Position numbers and translations under genes: made by a program. A DNA stretch of 64,000 nt from a virus: IMG/VR virus record IMGVR_UViG_3300029258_005404. One strand, 5' to 3'. This document shows positions 7,066-15,672 of this stretch, one piece after another (position 1 is the first letter of the stretch; each line of letters begins with the position of its first letter). The notes under the pieces were generated by a model. It saw only the letters and a list, made by a program, of their open reading frames with translations. It was not told the DNA's origin and did not search any database.

Positions 7066-7476
7066 ATGATTTTGAGTAATTTAGACAGTAAAGATGATTT
7101 TTCAAAAATAAATGATAATTTGTTGTTATCATTATTTGAAGATCTTGTTATAGACTTTAAAATGTTACCGTGCACCTCGTGTGATGCAAGAAAACAGAAT
7201 GCGGCAATAGTTCTAAATAATGTTAGAGCAGAAATTTTAAAAAGACTGACAGATAAAACACGTATCTTAAGAAAAACATTAACAGTAGAACAAATAGAAG
7301 CTGGCAATAACGTTGCATCTGAAATGTATACAGCATCAATTCAAAAAGCAATTGGACTTGGCGGTTGTGAAGAAATTGATATGAATAAGTTTAAATTTAA
7401 AAATATAGTCAAGCGCTACTTGGATGGAGATATTGACAGTGTTACCGGTATATGGTTGGCTATGGAGGGAGAATAA
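7066..7476 (+). CDS. Hypothetical protein
   Basis: AAGGAG SD, 136 aa. Confidence 0.65.
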   Translation: MILSNLDSKDDFSKINDNLLLSLFEDLVIDFKMLPCTSCDARKQNAAIVLNNVRAEILKRLTDKTRILRKTLTVEQIEAGNNVASEMYTASIQKAIGLGGCEEIDMNKFKFKNIVKRYLDGDIDSVTGIWLAMEGE

Positions 7477-8307
7477 ATGGAAAAAAGAGTTATTGAAATA
7501 TTAAGAGAAATAGAATTAATGGAAGATGTCAAAATTATCTACGCCTGTGAATCTGGGAGTAGGGTGTGGGGTTTTGAATCAGATAATAGTGATTATGACG
7601 TCAGGTTTGTCTATATCAGGCCAATAAAATCTTATTTCTCAATTAGTCCTCTCAGAGATGTAATCGATCGTAATAAGGGTAAGGAAAAAACCAGTCAGTA
7701 TATCAGACAGCTTGAGAAAGATGGTATTGATATTGTTGGATTTGACATAAGTAAAACCCTCAAGATGATTGCTGATGGAAATCCGGCTCTTGCTGAATGG
7801 CTTCACTCTCCTGTAGTGTATATGGAAAAGATGTTCGTCGTTGCAGCGCTGCAGAGGCTTTCTGAGAGGTTCTTCAAATCAAAAGCCGGTATTTATCATT
7901 ACGTACATATGGCTAAAAGGAATTTTACTCAGTACATCAAAAATGTTGATGGTGATGTAATAATTAAAAAATACCTGTATGTTCTCAGGCCACTCTACGC
8001 CTGCGAGTATATTATAATAACAAATGGCAGTGTTCCACCAATGAACTTTAGTAAATTAATAGATTGGTCTGAAAGCTCTGGTACTAAAGAGTTTAGTACA
8101 ATAAAAAGATCTGTTGAAAATATTATTACCAGGAAAAGAGAAGGGGAGGAGCTTGGCCACGGTCCACATGTTGAGCTTTTTGATGATACATGCGCAAAAC
8201 TACTTGAGTCATATGATGGATATGCAAAAACACTTGGTATAGAAGCGCTAACTGAGGAAGAATGGCAAAGTCTTGATGATGCGTTTTTTGATTTAGTTTG
8301 CAAATAA
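7477..8307 (+). CDS. Predicted nucleotidyltransferase (Pol-beta superfamily, Nuc-transf/YcgL-like)
   Basis: YACESGSR.WGF.S..SDYDVRFVY, KKYLYVLRPL motifs. Confidence 0.85.
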   Translation: MEKRVIEILREIELMEDVKIIYACESGSRVWGFESDNSDYDVRFVYIRPIKSYFSISPLRDVIDRNKGKEKTSQYIRQLEKDGIDIVGFDISKTLKMIADGNPALAEWLHSPVVYMEKMFVVAALQRLSERFFKSKAGIYHYVHMAKRNFTQYIKNVDGDVIIKKYLYVLRPLYACEYIIITNGSVPPMNFSKLIDWSESSGTKEFSTIKRSVENIITRKREGEELGHGPHVELFDDTCAKLLESYDGYAKTLGIEALTEEEWQSLDDAFFDLVCK

Positions 8308-8458
8308 AGTAATGTATTATATCAAATAGAAAATTCTATAAAACAACATCCTCACTTGAGGTTTTTGAGCGATGTTGATCTTGAAAAGTATACACAATAT
8401 ATTATTTTATATGTGTGTAAACAAAAAAAAAATTACATTTAACCAAAGGAGGTCAAAT

Positions 8459-8881
8459 ATGCGTGCTGTTTTAAAGCTGTGTGGCATATTTGCGTGTTTG
8501 ATTGTAATATTATTATTATTTTACACATCATATCCGGATAATGTTTCTATCAATGGCGGCAGAAATACTGAGTTGAGGTCAGTAGAAATGGAAGTAGATA
8601 ATACTATCCCTGACGAAATTACTTTTCAAAAACCAAGCATTGTTACAGAAAATACAATTCTATTCAATTTTCAATTTCTGGATAATCTGGAAAATCCAAT
8701 ATTTATCAATTTGAAAAAGTCAATATTTAATAATAATCAAAAGCGATATAATTTTAAGTTTGATAAGAGTGTTACAAATAATAAAATTTATTTAAGCAAT
8801 TCAATATATAAAGAAGAGTCCCTGGGAGTATTCACGCTTGACGTGCTTAAACTACCAATTAATCAGTGCTTAAATATATAA
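8459..8881 (+). CDS. Membrane-anchored hypothetical protein
   Basis: AGGAGG SD before ATG 8459; N-terminal hydrophobic helix. Confidence 0.6.
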   Translation: MRAVLKLCGIFACLIVILLLFYTSYPDNVSINGGRNTELRSVEMEVDNTIPDEITFQKPSIVTENTILFNFQFLDNLENPIFINLKKSIFNNNQKRYNFKFDKSVTNNKIYLSNSIYKEESLGVFTLDVLKLPINQCLNI

Positions 8882-8904
8882 ATAAATTTCTTTTTAAATC
8901 AAGA

Positions 8905-8935
8905 AGCCTCCATAGAAATATGGAGGTTTTTTTTT
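8905..8935 (+). terminator. Rho-independent terminator
   Basis: GCCTCCATA-GAAA-TATGGAGGT hairpin plus T-run. Confidence 0.8.
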
Positions 8936-8961
8936 ATTTTATATAATACTTTTTTTTTAAC

Positions 8962-8989
8962 TGTTATTGTTTTATTTATTTTGGTATAA
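8962..8989 (+). promoter_or_regulatory. Phage promoter motif
   Basis: TGTTATTG-N12-TGGTATAA. Confidence 0.65.
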
Positions 8990-9055
8990 TAATTATGGAT
9001 AATGTAATTATTTTTTTTTAAATAATTAAAATTCTAATAAATATATAAGGTTTTA

Positions 9056-9309
9056 GATGGTGTTTCGCCATCAATATTTTGTAATAAGGCCTCGATAACC
9101 TGGGAACGGCCACAGTCCGCCACGTCGTTGGCCTTGACCTCTTCAGCAAGCTGAAGAATTCAAGGCCACTCGGTGGCTCCCTTATGGCCTTACTCCCTGG
9201 TTATCTCACCTTCGTGTCTCAATATTAGTTATATATTAATAATTTCGATTGGCGCCATGTCGTACAGCCAAATTGCCGGCTTCCGGGTCTGTACTTCTTA
9301 TGGCGCCAA
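9056..9309. ncRNA. Structured intergenic RNA(s)
   Basis: Nested stems 9129-9168, crossing stems 9085-9105/9186-9205, second hairpin 9249-9309 followed by T10. Confidence 0.5.
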
Positions 9310-9333
9310 CTCGATCTACCTTTTTTTTTTAGC

Positions 9334-9361
9334 TGTTATCGCGTCACCAAATGTGGCATAA
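9334..9361 (+). promoter_or_regulatory. Phage promoter motif
   Basis: TGTTATCG-N12-TGGCATAA. Confidence 0.65.
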
Positions 9362-9437
9362 CTATTATGTGAGTAATAATTATTAATTTTAACAAACGGA
9401 GAAATAATATGTGGAATAATAAATGGTGGAGTTTTTT

Positions 9438-9830
9438 ATGTCAAGAATGATTTATCAGACACGCCCTGCCGATGTTATAGTAGCTGTTGAATTATATAAA
9501 AAAGTATTTTCCTGAACACTTTTTAGTTATGATGATAGTGAATTAATAAAACTTGCCTATAAATGTGAATATGGTTCTATTGGCAGTTATCTATTAGATG
9601 CTTTTGATAGTTTTATAGAAAATATGCCTGACATTCCTCCATACTTAAGGAGGTATATTAAATCAGATGAGCAATTAAAAGAAATGTTCGAAATAGAAAC
9701 AGAAGAAACCATTGTCAAATTATCTAATTCAATTTTTGATTTAAGTGCTATTTTTGATAAAGAGTATATATCAGATCACATATTTGAAATAGTAGATGAT
9801 ATTGAAATTTGTGATACTGATTATTTTTAA
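9438..9830 (+). pseudogene. ORF interrupted by one in-frame TGA (9513-9515)
   Basis: GGAG SD then ATG 9438; frame open to 9830 apart from that TGA; track ORF 9624-9830 is its 3' part. Confidence 0.5.
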
Positions 9831-9853
9831 ATTCAAACTGTTAAAGGTGAAAT

Positions 9854-10261
9854 ATGAATAGTTGGAGGAAAGATATGTATGACAATTGGCTTCGTAAGCT
9901 GCTTCAGAAGGCTGTAGAGGCCAAGAATATAGCAGGGTTATTTATGATGGACTTAGCACCGGAAGCTCAGAAACACATAGATAAGGCCGGCCTTAAAACG
10001 AAACCTGAACAAGAATTAAGAACGCTGGTTGTCGAACATTTTGGAAAAGAGTACTTCATCGCATTTATTGATGCGTTTGATGGAAATTTATATGCAGGTT
10101 TTTTTTTGAGTTACAACAGGTCCCATCGAGAATTATACCAGGCTCTGCAAATTATAAAGGTAAATGGATTGGATATTGCAAAGTTAGTAAATAAAGGTGA
10201 TTATGAAGTGTTGTACAACATAAACCGCGCTGAGATTATAGTTCGGCGCACTGGAGGTTAA
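9854..10261 (+). CDS. Hypothetical protein
   Basis: AAAGGTG SD, 135 aa. Confidence 0.65.
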   Translation: MNSWRKDMYDNWLRKLLQKAVEAKNIAGLFMMDLAPEAQKHIDKAGLKTKPEQELRTLVVEHFGKEYFIAFIDAFDGNLYAGFFLSYNRSHRELYQALQIIKVNGLDIAKLVNKGDYEVLYNINRAEIIVRRTGG

Positions 10262-10262
10262 A

Positions 10263-10454
10263 ATGCTCGGCTCAATATGCGGGGTTCCATTTCATGTTGT
10301 AGAAGCGACACTTAAACAAGGTGATACTCCTGAAGAAAAAGCAGATGCATTCAACCTTATTGCTCATATCGCAGATGAATCTGTGTCGCTTGAAAGCATT
10401 GTGGAAAATGTTATGAATGGTACGGTGCCAAAAGTTGTGGCGCCGAAAGAATAA
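10263..10454 (+). CDS. Small hypothetical protein
   Basis: GGAGG SD, 63 aa. Confidence 0.6.
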   Translation: MLGSICGVPFHVVEATLKQGDTPEEKADAFNLIAHIADESVSLESIVENVMNGTVPKVVAPKE

Positions 10455-10475
10455 TATTGAGGCGCGATTTACGTC

Positions 10476-10547
10476 GCACAACAACCGTATGTTGAAATGG
10501 GATAGAGGCATGCGGTTGTACCACATCAACATACTATCCCGTTGTGA
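10476..10547 (+). repeat. attC-like folded recombination site 1
   Basis: GCACAAC-AACCG-TATGTTGA ... TCAACATA-CTATCCC-GTTGTGA; near-copy at 10927-11003. Confidence 0.55.
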
Positions 10548-10997
10548 GCAATACCGCCCGGCTCTTAAAATTATAGGGCGGCCATTTATAACGAAAGGAA
10601 TTTGCCATGAACTTCGGGCAAGCCATCGAGTCGATGAAGCGCGGCGAGAAAGTCTGCCGTGCTGGTTGGAATGGAAAAGGTATGTTTATCGTTCTTATGG
10701 GAGCGTTGAGCCTGCCGCCGTACAATACACAGGGTACGGAGCGCAAGGTTAATGACCGCACTGCAAAGTGGATTGGCGAAGATAAGCCGCTGGACAGCCA
10801 GCCGTATTTCGCCATGTACACCGCGCAGCAGAAGTGGCAGCCGGGATGGCTTGCTTCTCAGGCCGATATGTTAGCCGATGATTGGGAAGTGGCCGCCTGA
10901 ACACTATGGTAGCCGGGCGGTACAGCTCACAACACCCGTATGGATGCCATGCGGTCAAAAAATATGTGGGCGTACCGCACAGCACCATACTATCACG
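10542..10997 (+). mobile_element. Integron-cassette-like insertion carrying the tad2-like gene
   Basis: Bounded by GTT-containing sites; 21/23-bp inverted repeat 10541-10563/10911-10933; GC 34/60 at 10621-10680 versus 12/60 at 11101-11160. Confidence 0.55.
10607..10900 (+). CDS. tad2: DUF2829 / Thoeris anti-defence 2 (Tad2) family protein
   Basis: MNFGQAIE.MK.G.KV.R.GWNGKGMFI...W.ASQ.DMLADDWE, matching Tad2/DUF2829; AAAGGA SD. Confidence 0.85.
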   Translation: MNFGQAIESMKRGEKVCRAGWNGKGMFIVLMGALSLPPYNTQGTERKVNDRTAKWIGEDKPLDSQPYFAMYTAQQKWQPGWLASQADMLADDWEVAA

Positions 10998-11003
10998 TTG
11001 TAA
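10927..11003 (+). repeat. attC-like folded recombination site 2
   Basis: TCACAAC-ACCCG-TATGG ... CCATA-CTATCAC-GTTGTAA with internal TGCGGT/ACCGCA stem. Confidence 0.55.
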
Positions 11004-11053
11004 GATTCATTTGAACCATTTTTGAGGCAATTAACGATTAATGGAGGATAAAT

Positions 11054-11536
11054 TTGATATTAGTTAAACATTCTATTGAGGAAAGGATTAAAATTGGCAC
11101 TCAAAGTAGATATATTAATTTTGTTTCACAAATTTGTGGAACATATTCATATGAATTTAAGACTGCTTATTTTAACAATGCTTTATTTAATTATTTTTGT
11201 AAAAAAATATTAAGAAGATTCCCTGAATTAGATGGGTTTATACAATTTCATATTTCCAGTAATAAAAAAAATATATATTGTGCTAAAATACCTACATCAT
11301 CAAAATTATGGTTCCAAATAAAATATATGATTGTTACAATAAATAATGCCACATGGTTAAATGATGGCAGGAAACATATTTGTGTAGATTGCGATCCACT
11401 ATGGAGGCTTTGGGGGCAACGGTGCTTAAATTGCCAGGCTATAAAATGTGATAAAAGCTTATGGGATAATTCTATAGCAGAACCATCAATAGAATGTGAA
11501 TTTAATCAATTAATGTTTGAAACATTCGGAATATAG
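11054..11536 (+). CDS. Hypothetical protein
   Basis: GGAGGA SD, TTG start, C-terminal CxxC pairs. Confidence 0.55.
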   Translation: MILVKHSIEERIKIGTQSRYINFVSQICGTYSYEFKTAYFNNALFNYFCKKILRRFPELDGFIQFHISSNKKNIYCAKIPTSSKLWFQIKYMIVTINNATWLNDGRKHICVDCDPLWRLWGQRCLNCQAIKCDKSLWDNSIAEPSIECEFNQLMFETFGI

Positions 11537-11539
11537 ATA

Positions 11540-12180
11540 TACTGCTCCTGAAAAAAAAATAGAAACATCTTGCATCAGAGTTAAAAAAAAATTATATTAC
11601 TTTTTACTGATTACCCTCTAATCAGATAAGTAAAATACACCCTTTTTAAAAATTTTGTAATAATCTCCAGATCTCTCGTATGCGCGAGAAACCCCCTATA
11701 GAGTTTTTTTAACTTTTTGCTTGCATTAATGTCAATAATTTTTTAAAAATTTAAAAAAAATTTTACGCACATAATGAGGGATTATTACATAATTTTATAA
11801 TATTATATATAAATTATATTATATTAATAACTTATATAGATATCTCTCTTAATGGCGTGAGAGCTTTTTTATATATATATTATAATATTATACTTCCTAT
11901 ATAGCTTGACAAATGAATACATCCGTGACCATCGAAAATCGAATTTTTAGTGAAAATACATGTTAATAACTAATGTATAGTGACAAAACAGCAATCTTTA
12001 CTTTCTTTAATGTCACTTTTTTATTTTTTCAATTTAACCGATTAAAATAGCATTAGCCAAAAATACCAAAGGTCGAGGTTTTATTCATTAGTAAATAAAA
12101 GTTAGAAATATAAAATATTCAAAAATATAAAAACGCAAATTTTGGTTGGAAATGTAAGTTATTGATTCAGATTTAAGGAG
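11540..12180. other. Extremely AT-rich non-coding region (candidate origin/regulatory region)
   Basis: About 640 bp without an ORF of 60 aa or more; TATAATATTATA palindrome twice (near 11797 and 11881). Confidence 0.35.
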
Positions 12181-12188
12181 GTTTTCAG

Positions 12189-12593
12189 TTGGAGAAAAAA
12201 AGAGATAAAAGTAACAGATATTATTCCTGCCAATGCATCCGTATGATAGTCGGTCCAATTAATAATAGTATGATTCATATGAATCTCGCCGGCAGACTGA
12301 GAAGGTTTGTTGTCGATGTTTTTGGTATTGATGCTGGGGATACTGATAAAATAATTGCTGACTTCTACTGGAGTAAAGGTGGAAATGTTGGTATTGGTGA
12401 TTTTAACGAATTATTTGAGATAATATATAGAAAGCATAATCCACCAATAGTAATCAGAGATAAATTTGCCCAGAAAATTGAACCTGTTATTAAATTATTT
12501 CAAGAAAACGGGTGGAATGAAAAGGAATTCGATATGATGCTACTCAGTGGTACCAAGTATGTAATTAAAATGAGAAAAAAATGGAGGAAATAA
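12189..12593 (+). CDS. Hypothetical protein
   Basis: AAGGAGG SD, TTG start. Confidence 0.6.
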   Translation: MEKKRDKSNRYYSCQCIRMIVGPINNSMIHMNLAGRLRRFVVDVFGIDAGDTDKIIADFYWSKGGNVGIGDFNELFEIIYRKHNPPIVIRDKFAQKIEPVIKLFQENGWNEKEFDMMLLSGTKYVIKMRKKWRK

Positions 12594-13391
12594 TTGGAAG
12601 ATACTTTTGTGTATAGTGGAACTCAAAAAATATTTGAAGAATTAAGGAATATGCCGTGTCCTCATCTTGAATGTGATAATGATGATCCGGAAGAAATTGA
12701 TGCAGCTGGTTGCATCAAATGCTCTCTCGGGAGAACATGCGACCCGGGGAAGCCTGAAACATGTCCTGTTATTGAAGCGCTCCTTGTTTATATACCATGG
12801 AAAAGAGATATGCTTGAAGAAGAGGAGGATTATAACGAGTATATGTATAACAATGCCCAAAACGTGCTCAAGCGCAGCGGAACAAGGCCAAAATGTATGT
12901 GGGATGACGATGATGAAGATTTGGTTGATAATTATGGTTTTTACAAACCACGTCATGACAAAATAGATCCTGATGGTGATATTTATACTATGGGTGTTGT
13001 TAAGATTGGTCAGATACGATTGGTTCCTGGCAACTATTATATAGTTAAAAGAGAAAACCACAGTGATGATTATATCGGATCTTTTTATAATATGAAAAAT
13101 GGTGAAATTCTGAGATTCACTGAAGATGATAGCTTTTTTGTTGAAATTGATATCAAAACAATTGATTCGATTGAATATATTTCATTTAAAGAGGTTCAAG
13201 AATACTATGCCAAAGATATATGTGGTATAGATATGGAAAAAAAAAGAGTTTATACCGTTCATTTTAATAATGGCCAATGTTTTACCGGGGAGTTTAATAT
13301 TGCTATGGTGGATTGTATTTTTATGAAAGCAAATGGTGAGCAGGAGAAAATATACATTGATGATATTACCGGTATCGAATTAATAGAATAA
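12594..13391 (+). CDS. Hypothetical protein, Cys-containing acidic N-terminus
   Basis: GGAGG SD, 265 aa. Confidence 0.65.
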   Translation: MEDTFVYSGTQKIFEELRNMPCPHLECDNDDPEEIDAAGCIKCSLGRTCDPGKPETCPVIEALLVYIPWKRDMLEEEEDYNEYMYNNAQNVLKRSGTRPKCMWDDDDEDLVDNYGFYKPRHDKIDPDGDIYTMGVVKIGQIRLVPGNYYIVKRENHSDDYIGSFYNMKNGEILRFTEDDSFFVEIDIKTIDSIEYISFKEVQEYYAKDICGIDMEKKRVYTVHFNNGQCFTGEFNIAMVDCIFMKANGEQEKIYIDDITGIELIE

Positions 13392-13486
13392 ATATATGAA
13401 AATTTGTTTGACTTTTTATATTATATATTATTATATTTAATATGGATAAAAATATATTATTTTTTCATATATAAAATAAGGTAATT

Positions 13487-13705
13487 ATGGCCGAACAGAA
13501 TTTAGTAACTGTAAATCTTAAACTCACTCGCAGAGAGAGAAATGATTTCAAGGAAACTGCTAAAAGAAAAGGCCATAAATCGATGCAGTTGGTTTTATCA
13601 GCATTTATCAGCTCATATATACAAAACCCAGACCAATTCGTTATTCAGTTAGGAGTTAAAGGAAATGGATCACCCATTCGGAAAGAGTCTGCAATTAAAT
13701 CCTGA
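13487..13705 (+). CDS. Small ribbon-helix-helix-like DNA-binding protein
   Basis: VTVNLKLT beta-strand followed by two predicted helices. Confidence 0.45.
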   Translation: MAEQNLVTVNLKLTRRERNDFKETAKRKGHKSMQLVLSAFISSYIQNPDQFVIQLGVKGNGSPIRKESAIKS

Positions 13706-13997
13706 GAATATTACATATGGATATGAAACATTCTCGAGGTTTTCAGTTGAAACAGTCTATTTAAATGGAAAACGAAAAAATGAATACCATCTGAAGGCAG
13801 AGGGTGATTTAACAAACGAGCAATTGCTTATTGTTTTAAAAAAACAACTGCAAAGAGATTGTGAAGTCGGATTTGTCGATAGAACCGGGATAATAACGCT
13901 TGAATATCCGATATACATTATTGTAACAAACCCGATACTCGTCGACGAAATGCATAATATATTCATAGATGTTGAACAAATTATTAACAAGGAGTAA
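13665..13997 (+). CDS. Hypothetical protein
   Basis: AAAGGA SD; overlaps upstream gene. Confidence 0.6.
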   Translation: MDHPFGKSLQLNPENITYGYETFSRFSVETVYLNGKRKNEYHLKAEGDLTNEQLLIVLKKQLQRDCEVGFVDRTGIITLEYPIYIIVTNPILVDEMHNIFIDVEQIINKE

Positions 13998-13999
13998 AT

Positions 14000-14920
14000 T
14001 TGAGCGATAAAGACAATCAGGATTTGAATGCCGGAGAGCTTCACGTAGATGGTGAAGGTGAATATACTCCCCCAACCGGGGAAGGAATTAAACATATTCC
14101 TCCAATTGATGAAGGAGGGACGGAAGAATCACTCGAAGATATGGTTGATGGTAAAACCAAAATTCAGGGAGATGATTTTCAGGTTGGTGGAGATAATGAT
14201 ATTGATGAATCTGATATCGAATTGCCGCCATCAGAAGGTGTTGAGTATGGTGCGCCTCCGGAGCCTGATGAGGATACTGATGATACTGCTGTAAGTCTTG
14301 AAGAGGCTATTGCTGAGCCTGATAATAAAGACATACCGGTAAACGAAAATGGTGCTATACAAGCTTCCACAGAAGGCCAGGTAATACAAGAACAGGCTCA
14401 AACATCAGATAATACCACAGCTCCCGTGGTCGGTCAAAATGTGGATGAAAAAACCGGTATAAATCTCGACAATGTTATTGAGGAGCAAGAACTCACACAG
14501 TCTGATAAACCTGGATTTAATCCAGCGGATACACAGGATGCCAGGAGTGATCATGAGGTTGAGGGTGGTATAGCGCGCAACAGGACGACAGGCAATCAAT
14601 TCCACAGCCGCGGAATGCCTGAAGGGCATCAGGTGAGACCAGACATATCAAAACCGAAAGATGTAAGTGAAATGTTCGAAATATCTGGGTTTACCGTCTC
14701 ATTTGAGAAAAAACCCGGACAGGGTAATGTTAATGTCGAAATAACTGACCACTTTATCGATCTCGAGACTGCGCAGGCAAGTATAAACGGAGAGAAATAT
14801 TTGATGCCACTCCCGCAGACAGGATTTAAAATTGTTGATATTGTTTCCGGAGCCCCGACAATCAGTCATCATGACAGGGTATTATATGAATATATTAACA
14901 ATAAATGGAGGAGAAAATAA
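14000..14920 (+). CDS. Acidic, largely low-complexity protein
   Basis: AAGGAG SD; D/E/G/P-rich N-terminal two thirds. Confidence 0.7.
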   Translation: MSDKDNQDLNAGELHVDGEGEYTPPTGEGIKHIPPIDEGGTEESLEDMVDGKTKIQGDDFQVGGDNDIDESDIELPPSEGVEYGAPPEPDEDTDDTAVSLEEAIAEPDNKDIPVNENGAIQASTEGQVIQEQAQTSDNTTAPVVGQNVDEKTGINLDNVIEEQELTQSDKPGFNPADTQDARSDHEVEGGIARNRTTGNQFHSRGMPEGHQVRPDISKPKDVSEMFEISGFTVSFEKKPGQGNVNVEITDHFIDLETAQASINGEKYLMPLPQTGFKIVDIVSGAPTISHHDRVLYEYINNKWRRK

Positions 14921-14921
14921 G

Positions 14922-15047
14922 GCAGGGGATGTCTCTTATAAAGGTGACGCAGGTTTATTCCTATATTCCACCCGGGGTATCATGGTGTGAATAAGTGGTA
15001 AAACCATTTCCGGAGAATAACCGGATAGGAATTCCTGCTACGCCTGC
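14922..15047. ncRNA. Cloverleaf-like structured intergenic RNA
   Basis: GCAGG/CCTGC and ATTCCTAT/ATAGGAAT stems enclosing three hairpins. Confidence 0.45.
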
Positions 15048-15062
15048 TGAAATGGAAATATT

Positions 15063-15539
15063 ATGATTCGATATGTATGTGGTTTTATGTTCAATAATTT
15101 AAAATCATCTGTTGTTCTTATAAGAAAGAAAAGACCTGAATGGCAGAATGGTATGCTCAATGGCGTCGGCGGAAAAGTAAATGATTATGATGATGACGAT
15201 ATTGGGGCAATGATTAGAGAATTTCGAGAAGAAACCGGTGTTCATTATGAAAATTGGAAACATTTTGTTACAATTACAGACCGGAAAGAATTTGAAGTTG
15301 TATTCTTCGCTGCAGCAGACACTGAAGCATTTGACAAGGCCTACACAGCAACAGACGAAATTATCGTAAAAAGTATTATTACAGGTCGTGGAGATATATC
15401 ATTTGCAATTGATGCATCTTGCGTCTTTAACCTCAATTGGTTAATCCCACTTGCACTGGATGAAAAAGTTATTAAACCAGTGACAATAATTTATACCGAA
15501 AATGGACTATCAATCGGTAATGGGCCATTTACTGCGTAA
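15063..15539 (+). CDS. Nudix hydrolase
   Basis: NGVGGKV......GAMIREFREETG Nudix box. Confidence 0.85.
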   Translation: MIRYVCGFMFNNLKSSVVLIRKKRPEWQNGMLNGVGGKVNDYDDDDIGAMIREFREETGVHYENWKHFVTITDRKEFEVVFFAAADTEAFDKAYTATDEIIVKSIITGRGDISFAIDASCVFNLNWLIPLALDEKVIKPVTIIYTENGLSIGNGPFTA

Positions 15540-15672
15540 GAAATTGAAGAGCCGAAGCTCGAACCACAGTTTTATAAAGAATCCAAAAAAAACAAATTAG
15601 TGTACAATATATTAAGCACAAATTTTTTTTTATATCTAATATTTTTCGGAAAATGACACTCAAAGGTATGTT

